Shown here: one piece after another, positions 20,929-31,179 of the stretch
Layout of the letters: each line of letters starts with the position of its first letter
Numbering within the stretch: position 1 is the stretch's first letter
Assembly (NCBI GenBank): GCA_963795945.1
Contig: CAWCJN010000001.1
Location: 410,774 to 474,773 of the forward strand
DNA length: 64,000 nt
From: an uncultured Pseudomonadota bacterium
GTDB lineage: Bacteria > Desulfobacterota > Binatia > Binatales > Binataceae
Direction of reading: 5' to 3'
Notes under the pieces: model-generated
Told to the model about the DNA's origin: nothing
Database searches by the model: none
The model's input: the letters and a program-made list of their open reading frames with translations, nothing else
Translations under genes and position numbers: made by a program

Positions 20929-23900
20929 CTAAGGCTTTCGATGAGTCCCCAGCAAATAAATTCCGGAGGCAAACGGTGTCGAGAGCACCACGGCGATAAC
21001 CAGTCCGCCAATCACGGCGACCGCCAGGGGTTGTTGCACCTTGGCCCCCGCGCCCAGTCCCAAAGCGAGCGGCAAAAGCCCGGCGGCAGTGGCCAAGGTA
21101 GTCATCAGGATGGGGCGGAGGCGGATGCGCGCCGCGTCAATCAATGCGTCGCGCGGCGAAATCGTTGCGGACTCTTCGCGTTCAGCATGATCGAGCAGCA
21201 GGATTCCATTTTTGGCGGTGATGCCGGTCACCATGATGATGCCCATGAAGGACGAGATATTTAGTGTCAGGCCGCTCAGCTCCAGCGCGACGAAGCTGCC
21301 CAGCAGACATGCGACCGCGCTCAGCAGAATCGCCACGGCAGGAGTGAGGCGGCGAAATTCCCAGAGCAGTACAAGAAACATCGCAACCAACGCGGCGATC
21401 AGGACCAAGGCGAGCTGATGAAAGGCCGTTTGCTGCTCGGAGTACAGGCCGCCGTACTCGAGCGTGACCCCAGCCGGTAGCGTGAGCCCGGCCAGATTAG
21501 CTTTGACTCGCGCGATCGCAGTGCCGAGGTCGATATTCTCGACCCGCGCCGTGACATAGACCACCGGGCGCAGCCGCTCGCGATCAAGCTCGGGACGTTT
21601 ACCATTAAACTGCAGAGTGATCAGATTTGAGAGCGGGACGAGACCACCGGACTGAGTTCGCATCAGGACCTGCGGCAGAAGACTAAGGGTTTTATGAAAC
21701 TCAGCCGGATAGCGCACCCGCACGCCGTAGAGGCGATCGCCGACGCGCAAATTGGTTGCGACCGTGCCGAAAACTACGTTGCGTAGAGTCGCCAAAATAT
21801 CGTCGGCGCTGAATCCATAGCGCGCCGCGGCAGTCTGGTCGATCAAGACTTGCTCTTCCGGATTGCTCAGAACGATCCCGCTCTTTACCTCCATGATATT
21901 GGCCAACTTCCTGATCCGGACCGCGATCGTTTTCGCGGTTACCTCGATGGCGTTCTGGTCTGCGCCGAATACCTTGATTGCGATCGGCTCAGGAGTCCCG
22001 GACAAATCGCCGATCAGGTCCTGCAAGACCTGCGAAAATTCAACTTGGACGTTCGGCACCGTGCTCTCGACCCGATGTCGCACGTCGGCCATTATGGTAT
22101 CGATACCTCTGGTACGATTTGATTTAAGCCGAACTGAAATATCTCCCCGATTGGATTCAGTGAGGAAAAAGCCCCGCTGCGCGCCGGTGCGCCGTCCAAA
22201 GCCCGCCACCTCAGGCGTCGCGCGCAGCACGTTTTCAATTTTGCCGAGTAACTGCTGAGTATCGGCCAGCGTGCTTTGCGGCGGGGTCAGGTAATCGAGA
22301 ATGAAAGCGCCTTCATCGAGCGCGGGAAGATAATCAGTGCCGATCCCACGGTAGAGCACAAATGTTCCGGCGAGGGCGAGCGCAACCGCGAATGGCGCGA
22401 GAATCGGTGCACGCAGAAATGGCCGCATCGCCAGCAGGTACGCACGATTCATCAGCTCGGAAAGGCGACCCGCAGGATGCGCGGGGCGGCGGAATCGCTC
22501 GAGCATAAGTTCCAGTGCGGGAGTGAAGAAAATCGCGAGCAGCAGCGAGACCAGCAATCCACCGCCCAAAGTGAAGGCGAGCGAACGAAAGAAAACCCCG
22601 GTCACGCCCGACACAAAAATCAGCGGCGCAAAGGCGACGATCACCGTCGCGGTGGACGCGATTAGCGGGCGCAGTAATTCCTTCAAGGCTCCGCGCGCTG
22701 CCGCTTCGCCCGTCTCCTCGCGTGCATGGGCGCGATGAATCGCCTCGATCATCACGATCGCGTCGTCGATAAATAAGCCGATACCGGCGGCGAGTCCGCC
22801 CAGCGTCATCATGTTGAAGGTCATCCCCGCCTCTTTCATCACGACAAAGGTAATCGCGATCGTGGAGGGCACGACGATCGCCGCGACGAGCGCGTTCAGG
22901 ATGCTCCACGTGAAAAGGAAAACTACTGCGACCGCCAGCGCCAGTCCCAGCACGATCGCGTCGCGCACACTATTGAAGGATTCCATTACAAGGTTGGCCT
23001 GATCGTAACCGAAGGAGAACTGCACATCGGGATAGCGCGCGCTAAATTCATTGATCATTGCATGGGTTTCATTCGCGATCGCGACGGTATTGCCGTTAGG
23101 CTGTTGCGATATGCCGATCAGCACGGCGGGGCCGTACTCCGAACTGGTGCGGATGTAATCTTCGACAATGCCCAATTCGACGCGCGCTATATCCCGGACG
23201 TACACTGGCTGATTGTTTACCGTCGCGATTGGCAAGGCGGCGAGTTGATCTGCGTCATGCAAGTCGCTCGTAACGACCGTCAACAGATTCCGGTGAGCAT
23301 CCTCGACCCGGCCCGCCGACGCGATCACGTTCGCTTTGGTCATACCGGCAACAACGTCCGCGGACGTAAGGCCATGCTGGAGCATGCGCTCCGTATTGAG
23401 CCTGACGACATACTCCCGCTGCTTCGCCCCGACCAGCTCGACGCGGTAAGTCCCGGTTATCTGATGCAGGCTCGGCGCAAGATCGTACTGCGCGATATCG
23501 GTAAGGCTCGCGAGGTCGCGGGTCGGCGAGCTCAGGCCGACTTCGATTATTGGAAATGTACCACTGGTCAAAAGCCGCGCGTCGGTTTTGGCGTCGGCCG
23601 GTAATCGGGTCTCATTGATTGACGCGTTAAGCAACTCGAAGGTCTGCACCGGATTGCTCGACTCACTGAACGTAACGTCGATCTCGGCGCTGCCGCGCGT
23701 CGTCGTGGAGCGCACGAGGGAGACTCCGACGACGCCATAAGCGGCTTCCTCGATTGGGCGTGTGACTGTCACGAGCATCTGTTCTGCCGGCAGATCGCCG
23801 GCATCGATCAGCACGATCGCACGGTTGAATTGAATTTCGGGAAAGACCGCGCTTGGAATCGATAACGCGAGCATTGCGCCCAGAACGGAAACAGCCAGAA

Positions 23901-23937
23901 CTCCGAATAGCGCCAGGATCGAATTAGTCCGGCCCAT
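20929..23937 (-). CDS. RND efflux permease (AcrB/CusA superfamily)
   Basis: About 1000 aa. N.MTLGGLA.GIGLFIDDAIVMIE, G.FLP.LDEGAF, GITAKNGILLLD, RLRPILMTT. Confidence 0.93.
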   Translation of the reverse strand: MGRTNSILALFGVLAVSVLGAMLALSIPSAVFPEIQFNRAIVLIDAGDLPAEQMLVTVTRPIEEAAYGVVGVSLVRSTTTRGSAEIDVTFSESSNPVQTFELLNASINETRLPADAKTDARLLTSGTFPIIEVGLSSPTRDLASLTDIAQYDLAPSLHQITGTYRVELVGAKQREYVVRLNTERMLQHGLTSADVVAGMTKANVIASAGRVEDAHRNLLTVVTSDLHDADQLAALPIATVNNQPVYVRDIARVELGIVEDYIRTSSEYGPAVLIGISQQPNGNTVAIANETHAMINEFSARYPDVQFSFGYDQANLVMESFNSVRDAIVLGLALAVAVVFLFTWSILNALVAAIVVPSTIAITFVVMKEAGMTFNMMTLGGLAAGIGLFIDDAIVMIEAIHRAHAREETGEAAARGALKELLRPLIASTATVIVAFAPLIFVSGVTGVFFRSLAFTLGGGLLVSLLLAIFFTPALELMLERFRRPAHPAGRLSELMNRAYLLAMRPFLRAPILAPFAVALALAGTFVLYRGIGTDYLPALDEGAFILDYLTPPQSTLADTQQLLGKIENVLRATPEVAGFGRRTGAQRGFFLTESNRGDISVRLKSNRTRGIDTIMADVRHRVESTVPNVQVEFSQVLQDLIGDLSGTPEPIAIKVFGADQNAIEVTAKTIAVRIRKLANIMEVKSGIVLSNPEEQVLIDQTAAARYGFSADDILATLRNVVFGTVATNLRVGDRLYGVRVRYPAEFHKTLSLLPQVLMRTQSGGLVPLSNLITLQFNGKRPELDRERLRPVVYVTARVENIDLGTAIARVKANLAGLTLPAGVTLEYGGLYSEQQTAFHQLALVLIAALVAMFLVLLWEFRRLTPAVAILLSAVACLLGSFVALELSGLTLNISSFMGIIMVTGITAKNGILLLDHAEREESATISPRDALIDAARIRLRPILMTTLATAAGLLPLALGLGAGAKVQQPLAVAVIGGLVIAVVLSTPFASGIYLLGTHRKP

Positions 23938-24950
23938 TATTTCGCAAGCGCGACTGTCACGTGCAGGCCGTCGGAAACGGCGTAGCCGCCCGAGGTGATT
24001 ACAGTCTCTCCGCCTGACAGTCCCGATGTAATCTGCGTGAGAGTTCTCAAGTTGACTCCGATGCTCACCGTAGTTCGATGCGCAACTCCGCCTGGGCCAA
24101 CCACGAAAACGTAGTGGCTGCGGGTCGCGGCGTCTTCAAACAGGGCAACAGTGGGCACGACGAGGGCGTCGGGAACATACGAAGTGGTCACCCTGACTTG
24201 AGCCGGTGCGCCGGACTGCTCGATCAGCGCGGAACCGGTAAATTCGATGCGCGCCGGAGCGGTCGCGCCGCCCTGATTGAAACTGGGCGAGAGCGCCGCG
24301 ACGCGGGCCAGATATGTTACGCCGGGACGGATCGGCGAAACGATCGTGGCAAGCATCTCGGGGCGAATTTCGCCTAGATTCTCGATCGGTACGGCGGCTT
24401 CGACGTAAATACTCTTCGGATCGACCATATCCACTATTGGATCGAGGTCTGCTACCATCTGGCCACTACTGACGAGGCGCTGCGCAACAATCGCATTCTC
24501 GGGCGCAGTAACCGCGATCGCCGCCGAACCACTATGGCGTTTGACCGCCGCCGCCAGCATCGCAGCATCGGCCGGATCGAGGCTCCGTGCCACATTGAGA
24601 CCGTTTTGCGCGGCTTCAGCTTCGCGGTTGATAATGTGGGCGACGATTTCCCCTTGAGTAACGCGATCGCCACTCTGCAGGGTCAGTCCGACCACCTGAC
24701 CGGCGGTCGGTGCGCGTAGCGTAATATGGCGCTGCGCGACCGTGGTCCCAAGCAAGCTCAGTTCGGAGCGCATCGGCGCGTGAGTGACTTTTGCGCCGGT
24801 CACGGCCATTACGACCGATGGCTTCGCATTTCCGGAAGCTCCGCTATCAGACTTCGCGGCAGACCGGTCGCATCCGGCGATCAGCGCAAGCGCAACGATC
24901 ATGATTAGCCCAGTCAACTGATACCCGAGGCGCGATCCCAACAGGCTCAC
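23937..24950 (-). CDS. RND periplasmic adaptor (membrane fusion protein), probable lipoprotein
   Basis: LIAGC lipobox, TLRAP..G.V..L....GD.V..G, VVP..A, GL..GE.VIT.G. Confidence 0.85.
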   Translation of the reverse strand: MSLLGSRLGYQLTGLIMIVALALIAGCDRSAAKSDSGASGNAKPSVVMAVTGAKVTHAPMRSELSLLGTTVAQRHITLRAPTAGQVVGLTLQSGDRVTQGEIVAHIINREAEAAQNGLNVARSLDPADAAMLAAAVKRHSGSAAIAVTAPENAIVAQRLVSSGQMVADLDPIVDMVDPKSIYVEAAVPIENLGEIRPEMLATIVSPIRPGVTYLARVAALSPSFNQGGATAPARIEFTGSALIEQSGAPAQVRVTTSYVPDALVVPTVALFEDAATRSHYVFVVGPGGVAHRTTVSIGVNLRTLTQITSGLSGGETVITSGGYAVSDGLHVTVALAK

Positions 24951-26209
24951 AAACCATTACCCAGAAGCAAGTTCGCTTGGGCGACGGCTTGACGCGCAAC
25001 AAACTCGTTATCGATCCGCGCAATGCGAAGATTCTGAGCAACTTGAAAGGCGTTTATCACTTCCAGTAGCGTGACATTGCCGCCGCCCAGAAAACGCGTC
25101 CAGTCGAGCGCAAACGCGTCATCGGCGGTGGTTTGTGACCGATGCAAGATCGCGAGTTGGCGCCGCGCGCCATCGAAACGACTGAGCGCGTCGGCGAGAT
25201 CGCGCTTGAGATTGAGCTCGATTTGCCGAAGTTGCGCCACGGCGATGTGCTGGGAGACGCGCGCCGCATCGATATGTGCGCGCACCAGCCCACCCTGAAA
25301 AATCGGCACCGTAACCGCGCCATCGTATGACGCGCCGAGATGATGACCAAAAGTCTTTGGCGGATCGATCCCCTCCCATCCCGAAGTCAGGATGAGCCGA
25401 ATCGTTGGGGAGCGTTCGGCGCGGGCGGCGTCGATGCCCACGTTCGCTGTGGCTAACTGACGTTGGGCGGCGGCAAACGCCGGGCTGTGTGTAATGTCGC
25501 CGTTGGGCTGCAGGGGCATTGCCGGGATTTCTGCTAATTCGAGAGTTTCCGGCTGCGGCTGATTGATCATCGAACCAAGCACAATCGCGGCATGCGCCGC
25601 GGCCTCATTGGCGGCTGCCAATGACAACTCGGTAGCATCTCGTGCACTTTCAATACTGAGTACGTCGTTAGAGATTGCGCGGCCGGTACGCTGAAGGTTG
25701 CGCATGGTCGTGACATATTGCGAAAGGCGCGTGACGCTGCGTTGCAATTCGGCTGCAGTCGCGCGTGCGCGCCACAAATCAAAATAGGCGATTGTCGTAT
25801 CGAAGATGATCTGTCCGCGCGCCGCGTCGATTCCCAGCGCCGCCGCCTGCTGGGCATAGCGCGCCGCGCGTACTTGATCCATCCGCAGGCCACCGTCGAA
25901 AACGATGTAACTCAAAGCGAGCTGCGCCAGAGTCAGGCCGCGGTTGGTAATTACTTGATCGTAGCCGGGCGCCTGAAAGTACTCGCCGTTGGCTGCGATG
26001 GAAGGCATCAGCGGAGCACGCGCCTCATTGACTCTGGCGGTGCTGAAATCACGTTGTGCCGCAGCCAACTCGTCCGCCGGCGCATAGGCAAGCGCCCGGC
26101 CGATCGCGTCGGTGAGAGTCAAGGTTTGCGCAGCCAACAAATCGGCGGGCAGAGCCATTAAGCTGCACGCGGTGAGGACAAGAAGACCCAAGACGAAGCG
26201 CCGCACCAT
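24947..26209 (-). CDS. TolC family outer-membrane efflux protein
   Basis: Signal peptide, LTL.DAI..AL...P, ARA.L.P, P.FQGG...A.I..A, Y/F..G....LEV..A. Confidence 0.85.
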   Translation of the reverse strand: MVRRFVLGLLVLTACSLMALPADLLAAQTLTLTDAIGRALAYAPADELAAAQRDFSTARVNEARAPLMPSIAANGEYFQAPGYDQVITNRGLTLAQLALSYIVFDGGLRMDQVRAARYAQQAAALGIDAARGQIIFDTTIAYFDLWRARATAAELQRSVTRLSQYVTTMRNLQRTGRAISNDVLSIESARDATELSLAAANEAAAHAAIVLGSMINQPQPETLELAEIPAMPLQPNGDITHSPAFAAAQRQLATANVGIDAARAERSPTIRLILTSGWEGIDPPKTFGHHLGASYDGAVTVPIFQGGLVRAHIDAARVSQHIAVAQLRQIELNLKRDLADALSRFDGARRQLAILHRSQTTADDAFALDWTRFLGGGNVTLLEVINAFQVAQNLRIARIDNEFVARQAVAQANLLLGNGL

Positions 26210-26575
26210 GCGCTGATCATACCGAGGGATAGAGGTACATAATAATTAACAAATTTTAAGATGGCGAGACGTTGTAGCGGGCTGATTTCGAGTGCTTCAG
26301 TGCTTTTATCGACGCGCGTCAAGCCAAAAACTCTTTCAGCGACGGCTTTGTTGTACTTTGCGCTTCGGCAATCAGGTAAGCCAATACCTAAATGGGGACA
26401 TGCTCTCTCCCGTCCGCTTAGAGCCGACGCGGACTAACCGACGTATTCGTTCTCTAAGGCAAATTACTCTCCACGGCACAATTGATGCGCTCTACTGTCG
26501 CGGGCGAGCAAAGAGACTGGAGCCGGAAAGCAGGTTCTCGCGCTCAATGGCTGATCAATCAGGAGGTAATCGACT

Positions 26576-26896
26576 ATGACTCTCAGAAAGAAAATCATTG
26601 CTGGTGTAATCGCGATGACAATAGGTACGAGCGTTGCCCTTCCTACCCGTGCGCGAGCCGACAACGATGATTGGCATCACCGCGACAACCATGCATGGCG
26701 CTCGGATCATCACGACAAAGACGCGGACGATTACAACCATCCGGGCTACCGAGCTAATCCGTATGCGCCCGCCTATGCGTATCGACCCCAGCATGTTCCA
26801 TCTAATGGGGAAGGCATGATCAATCGGCGCAACCCCAATCTCTACTGGGCATGCGATTCGGATGGCCATCATTGCCACTGGGCCCATCGCCGATAA
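26576..26896 (+). CDS. Small secreted His/Asp-rich protein
   Basis: SD AGGAGG. Signal peptide ending RARA. The mature part has 11 His and a C-terminal WACDSDGHHCHW. Confidence 0.75.
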   Translation: MTLRKKIIAGVIAMTIGTSVALPTRARADNDDWHHRDNHAWRSDHHDKDADDYNHPGYRANPYAPAYAYRPQHVPSNGEGMINRRNPNLYWACDSDGHHCHWAHRR

Positions 26897-26941
26897 TGGA
26901 TTGACGCGGTTATGCTCGTGAAATGCCGTTAATATCGAAAT

Positions 26942-26967
26942 CCCGGTCGGGCTCGTGCCTGACCGGG
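26942..26967. terminator. Hairpin between convergent genes
   Basis: cccggtcggg / cctgaccggg 10-bp stem with one G-U pair and a 6-nt loop. Confidence 0.55.
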
Positions 26968-27034
26968 CAAGATGGAAGGGTGTGAATTAAAGCGGCGCCT
27001 CATTAAGACCGGGAAAGATAAAATCTCACGCTTG

Positions 27035-28405
27035 CTACACTGTTGCTTTGGATAACGTGCAATCGAGCGCGGGCATTGTAATCACAAATTCGACCCCACC
27101 GGTTGCAAGATTGGCGGCTCTTATAACTCCATCGTGGAGTCGCACAATTTCTTGACAAAGACTTAGCCCCAAGCCGCTGCCGGATGTAATCGAGGATTTG
27201 CCGCGGAAGAAACGTTCGAAAAGATGCGGCAAATCATCATCGGGAATCGCCGGACCATCATTTTCGATACGTAAAATTGCGTTCCCGTTTTGTCGTGAGA
27301 CTTCCAATCCGACCCGTCCGTGTACGGGTGTGAATTTCAGGGCATTGTCGAGCAGATTAATTATGAGCCGTTGAAGATGGTTTCGATTACCAGCAATGAT
27401 TGGATCATTCTCTATACTGGCGCGCAAAGCGATCTGTTTCGCTTGAATTAGCGGTTCAACAGCCTCGATTACTTCCTCGGCGAGTATTCGCAGATTTATC
27501 ATCTCGCGTTCCATCGCGGACTCATGATCTAAGCGCGCCAATACCAGCAGCTCATCTGCGGTTCGGCAGAGGCTTACGGTTTCATCGAGCGCAGCGTGGA
27601 GTGCTTCGTGGTACTCACGGCCTGAACGGTCGCGCGCCAAAGTAACCTCGAGTCCCGTGCGCAAAATGGCGAGCGGCGTGCGCATCTCATGGGCGGCGTC
27701 AGTTGCGAAGCGTCGCTCGGTGTCAACTGCACGAGCAACTCGCTCAAGCAGAGCGTTGATTGCACGAGTTAGTTGCGCCACCTCGTCCTCAACTGAGGCT
27801 ATGGGGAGGCGCCGGCGCAATTCAGAGGGCTGGATTTTTGTAAGTCCGGCGATGAGGTCATGCATAGGAGCCAGCGCCCGCCCAGCGAGCCAATATCCGC
27901 CCGCGATGCTTACGGCGAGGATAATTGGAATGATCAGTAGAAGTTGTCGCCGCAGGCGAGTAATTGCGAGTCGCACCGGTGTCGCGTCGACCCCGTCGGC
28001 GAGCAAAGCGCTCGCCCCGCCGAGGGTGAAACTTGTCAAGCCATAGCGGAATATGTGATTTCGGCCGTCGGCGATTTTTCCCAGGCGAGGATCTCCCAAC
28101 CGAGCTGGCAAATCCGCCTGCGAAGCTCCGGCCTCGGCTATGACATGTCCGGCGACGATCAGAATCACGCGGCGGGCGGGTCCGAGGTCGCGCTCCTCGC
28201 TCAATTGCCGCACAATGTCACGTGCAGAACCGAAACCGGAGTGGCGGATGTTGGAGGCGGCAGAATCGGCTTCTTCCATCAGCGCCCCATCGAGCTGCGC
28301 CCACTGACTCCGAGCGAAAAGCAAATAAACCGCCGCGCCCGAGAGCACCAGAATGCTGGTCAATAGCACCGCCCAGTAGAGCGTCAGTCGAAGACGGATA
28401 CTCAT
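27035..28405 (-). CDS. HAMP-domain sensor histidine kinase (CusS/CzcS-like architecture)
   Basis: Two TMs, HAMP DE..QL...IN.LL.R, H-box AAHEMRTPL, NLLDNALKF, G.GLGLS. Confidence 0.92.
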   Translation of the reverse strand: MSIRLRLTLYWAVLLTSILVLSGAAVYLLFARSQWAQLDGALMEEADSAASNIRHSGFGSARDIVRQLSEERDLGPARRVILIVAGHVIAEAGASQADLPARLGDPRLGKIADGRNHIFRYGLTSFTLGGASALLADGVDATPVRLAITRLRRQLLLIIPIILAVSIAGGYWLAGRALAPMHDLIAGLTKIQPSELRRRLPIASVEDEVAQLTRAINALLERVARAVDTERRFATDAAHEMRTPLAILRTGLEVTLARDRSGREYHEALHAALDETVSLCRTADELLVLARLDHESAMEREMINLRILAEEVIEAVEPLIQAKQIALRASIENDPIIAGNRNHLQRLIINLLDNALKFTPVHGRVGLEVSRQNGNAILRIENDGPAIPDDDLPHLFERFFRGKSSITSGSGLGLSLCQEIVRLHDGVIRAANLATGGVEFVITMPALDCTLSKATV

Positions 28406-29085
28406 TGGAGCGGGCGGATCGAGTAGCCCGCGCCGCGCACTGTAACGATCAGCGGTTCGTCCTTGCGGTCAACGATCTTGTGGCGAAGGCGATTAACAAA
28501 TACTTCGATCAGATTGGTAAGATCATCGTAAGCCCCACCCCACACAGTTTCAGCGATCATATTTCGCGTGACCGTCTGCCCGGAATTTCGCATGAGCAAT
28601 TCAAGCAGCATCGCTTCTTTGGGCGAGAGCGCGAGGTCCCGGCCGGCTCGCCGGGCGCGGCGTTTGATGGTGTCGAATTCAAGATCGCCCAGTCGCAAAA
28701 TCGGCTGTGGCGCCGAAGCCCGCCGCCGGATCAACGCGCGCAAACGCGCCACCAACTCAGGAAAGGCAAACGGCTTGGTTAGGTAGTCATCCGCGCCACC
28801 GTCCAGCCCGGTGACCCGCTCAGCCAGCGAGTCGCGCGCGGTGAGAATCAGGACCGGAGTTAAATTGCCGCTCGCGCGCAGATCGCGCAAAAATTCCAGG
28901 CCGCTTTTTCCCGGGAGCCGTAAATCGAGCACGATTGCATCGAATTCGCCCGATGAGATCACCTTCTCTGCAATTTCCGCGCTGCCGGCGGTGAGTACGG
29001 CGAAGCCTTCTTCGCTGAGACCTCGGCATAGCTCGTTCAGCAACTTGAGCTCATCTTCCACTACGAGCAGATGTGGCCTACTCAT
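28402..29085 (-). CDS. OmpR-family response regulator
   Basis: LVVED, IVLDLRLPG, GADDYLTKPF..ELVARLRAL.RR, winged helix with VRG.GY. Confidence 0.93.
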   Translation of the reverse strand: MSRPHLLVVEDELKLLNELCRGLSEEGFAVLTAGSAEIAEKVISSGEFDAIVLDLRLPGKSGLEFLRDLRASGNLTPVLILTARDSLAERVTGLDGGADDYLTKPFAFPELVARLRALIRRRASAPQPILRLGDLEFDTIKRRARRAGRDLALSPKEAMLLELLMRNSGQTVTRNMIAETVWGGAYDDLTNLIEVFVNRLRHKIVDRKDEPLIVTVRGAGYSIRPLQ

Positions 29086-29105
29086 CGAGTCATCACGTAT
29101 CTCAT

Positions 29106-29573
29106 TTATTTTACATAGAGAAAGATCCCTTCGTAAATCAACGCCGGTTTATCCGCGCCAACGACCTGCACCTGGCTTTCAGTCGTGACCTGTGTGCCCT
29201 GCGGTTTGGCTTCAACTGCGACAATCCGTTGACGCGCGTGAACCTTCGCTCCTGCCGGAACCGGCGAAATGAAGCGGAGCTTGTTCGCTCCGTAATTGAC
29301 GACGTTTCGATAACCCGCCACTTTCCATCCACTGTCGATTTCGAACGCCGGGAGCAAGCTCAAAGTGAAGAACCCATGCGCCACTGGTCCACCGAAGGGG
29401 CTCTCACGCTTACAACGTTCGATATCGATATGGATCCACTGATGGTCCCCCGTCAGATCCGCAAACTCATTGATCTTTTGCTGAGAGAGTTCAATCTCAT
29501 TACTCCAAGGTCCAAATTCGGCACTGATCTTTGAACGCAGCTTATCCAGATCGTCGAAACGAATGGTGTCCAT
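29106..29573 (-). CDS. MaoC family dehydratase
   Basis: FADLTGDHQWIHID, AHGFFTLSL, NYG.NKLRF..PV. Confidence 0.9.
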   Translation of the reverse strand: MDTIRFDDLDKLRSKISAEFGPWSNEIELSQQKINEFADLTGDHQWIHIDIERCKRESPFGGPVAHGFFTLSLLPAFEIDSGWKVAGYRNVVNYGANKLRFISPVPAGAKVHARQRIVAVEAKPQGTQVTTESQVQVVGADKPALIYEGIFLYVK

Positions 29574-29659
29574 AACGATCGCCTCCAGATACTAGGTTAG
29601 GACGCAGATTCCAACATGGTTCAGACCCGCTGGTAAAGAGCGGCGAGCTTGAATCAAAA

Positions 29660-29690
29660 TAAAAAGCCGCAAGCTTGATAGCTCGCGGCT
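29660..29690 (-). terminator. Intrinsic terminator of mlaFDCA
   Basis: Minus-strand 11-bp stem with one G-U pair followed by a U-tract (aaaaa at 29661-29665 on +). Confidence 0.7.
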
Positions 29691-29708
29691 CCGGTCTAAG
29701 CGATGGCG

Positions 29709-30545
29709 CTACTGCTTGAGTACTTGGAGCCGATTGGCGCGCTGCTGTAGATAACCATCCTGGACTGCTCCGTACAGATCGACAGCATAGCGATCGACCT
29801 GCTCGAACAGATCGAGATGGAGCGAGCGATAGTTGACCGCTTCTATTGCCGCTTTACCGGCATCGGTTGGGACCGAGACGTACCACGGGACGAAGTAAGG
29901 CAAGGGGAACATAAAACCATCAGCGACGAGACCTGCGGTGTCGCGAATGGTTGAGGGCCCGAATGCCGGAAGAACGAGATAAGGTCCCGAGGGCATCCCA
30001 TAATGCCCCATCGTCAGACCAAAATCGTTGGGATGCTCCTTCAATCCGAACCAATGGTCAGCAGGATCAAAGAGGCCTGCAACGCCGACCGTCGTGTTGA
30101 TTCCGAAGCGGGCCACTTCAGTGCCGGCCTGCGGGAAGCGCAACTGGAACAGATTATTGGCAAAGCGCGGAATAAAGTTGATGTTATCGAAGAAGCGGCC
30201 AACGCTTTCGCGAACCGGCACCGGCGCGACCTTCGCATAATCCTCGGCCACCGGATGAACCACGTAATGATCAAGTTTCAGGTTGAACCAGAACATTTTT
30301 TCATTAAAGGGCGCTAAGGGATCGCTATAGACTTGCGTATTCTCGCCGAGCGGATGCGGTGGAGTTTGGTCTTGGGCGCGAGCCGGTATGGCCCATGCGA
30401 AGATGGCGATAATTACGAGGGCCTCCAGCCATTTGCTTGCATTCGGGTAATTAGAAATTCGTCGGCTCTCTTTGATCGTTTGAGCCTGAGCCGGAGCCAC
30501 GGTTCTCTTCATATGCCTTGCTCTCAATAAAACTATATCCTTCAT
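29709..30545 (-). CDS. mlaA: MlaA/VacJ family lipid-asymmetry protein
   Basis: DPL..FN..MF.FN, RF.INTT.G.AGLFD.A, DFG.T.G.YG...GPYLVLP.FGPST.RD. Confidence 0.9.
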   Translation of the reverse strand: MKDIVLLRARHMKRTVAPAQAQTIKESRRISNYPNASKWLEALVIIAIFAWAIPARAQDQTPPHPLGENTQVYSDPLAPFNEKMFWFNLKLDHYVVHPVAEDYAKVAPVPVRESVGRFFDNINFIPRFANNLFQLRFPQAGTEVARFGINTTVGVAGLFDPADHWFGLKEHPNDFGLTMGHYGMPSGPYLVLPAFGPSTIRDTAGLVADGFMFPLPYFVPWYVSVPTDAGKAAIEAVNYRSLHLDLFEQVDRYAVDLYGAVQDGYLQQRANRLQVLKQ

Positions 30546-31177
30546 CCGGCCATCGAGGCATTGATCTGTTGCTCTTTGGCTTTCAAATCTGCCAGTAGCT
30601 TATCAAAGCCATTCTCGTTTATAACGCGATTAAACTGATTTCGATAGTTCGCAATGATACTTATATTATCGACCGTCACATCATAAACTTTCCAGCCGTC
30701 GTTTTTTTGTTCAAGCAAATAATTAACCGCAATCGGGTTTTTTCCGGTTTGTACGATATTCGTGAAGACTTGCGCGTAACCGGAACTGAGTGGAGCTTCC
30801 CGGATAAATTCGACTTTTTGACCCGAATATTCGTTGATCTTGCTGGAATAAGCGCTCTCGATGAAGGCCTTGAAAACTTGCGTGAAGTTGGCGCGCTGTT
30901 CGGGAGAGAGTTGTTTCCAATGATAACCCAAGGCCGATTTCGACATCTCGGTGAAGTCGAAGTTAGGTTCCAGTAGCTGCCGAAGTTGAGCGCTCCGCTG
31001 AGCCGCCGGGGTTTGCTTATCACTGAGAATATGCAGGGCTTGAGTGACGAACTGACGAGTGGCGTCCAGGGCGCCGGTATCGGCATGCAGTGGAGGGGCC
31101 AGCGCAATCGCGAGCGAAAACGCTGCTAAGGCCAACAAGTATCTGGAGGAGAGCACTGGGTGAGTTCTGCTTCGCAC
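30542..31177 (-). CDS. mlaC: MlaC/Ttg2D periplasmic phospholipid-binding protein
   Basis: FDF..MSK.ALG..W..L..EQR..F, WKVYDV.V.NIS...NYR.QF...I...G.D.L. Confidence 0.9.
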   Translation of the reverse strand: MRSRTHPVLSSRYLLALAAFSLAIALAPPLHADTGALDATRQFVTQALHILSDKQTPAAQRSAQLRQLLEPNFDFTEMSKSALGYHWKQLSPEQRANFTQVFKAFIESAYSSKINEYSGQKVEFIREAPLSSGYAQVFTNIVQTGKNPIAVNYLLEQKNDGWKVYDVTVDNISIIANYRNQFNRVINENGFDKLLADLKAKEQQINASMAG

Positions 31178-31179
31178 AG

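Noticed and set aside
26400-26470. tRNA-like remnant
   Set aside because: Only a gtccgc/gcggac hairpin; no T-loop, acceptor stem or CCA.
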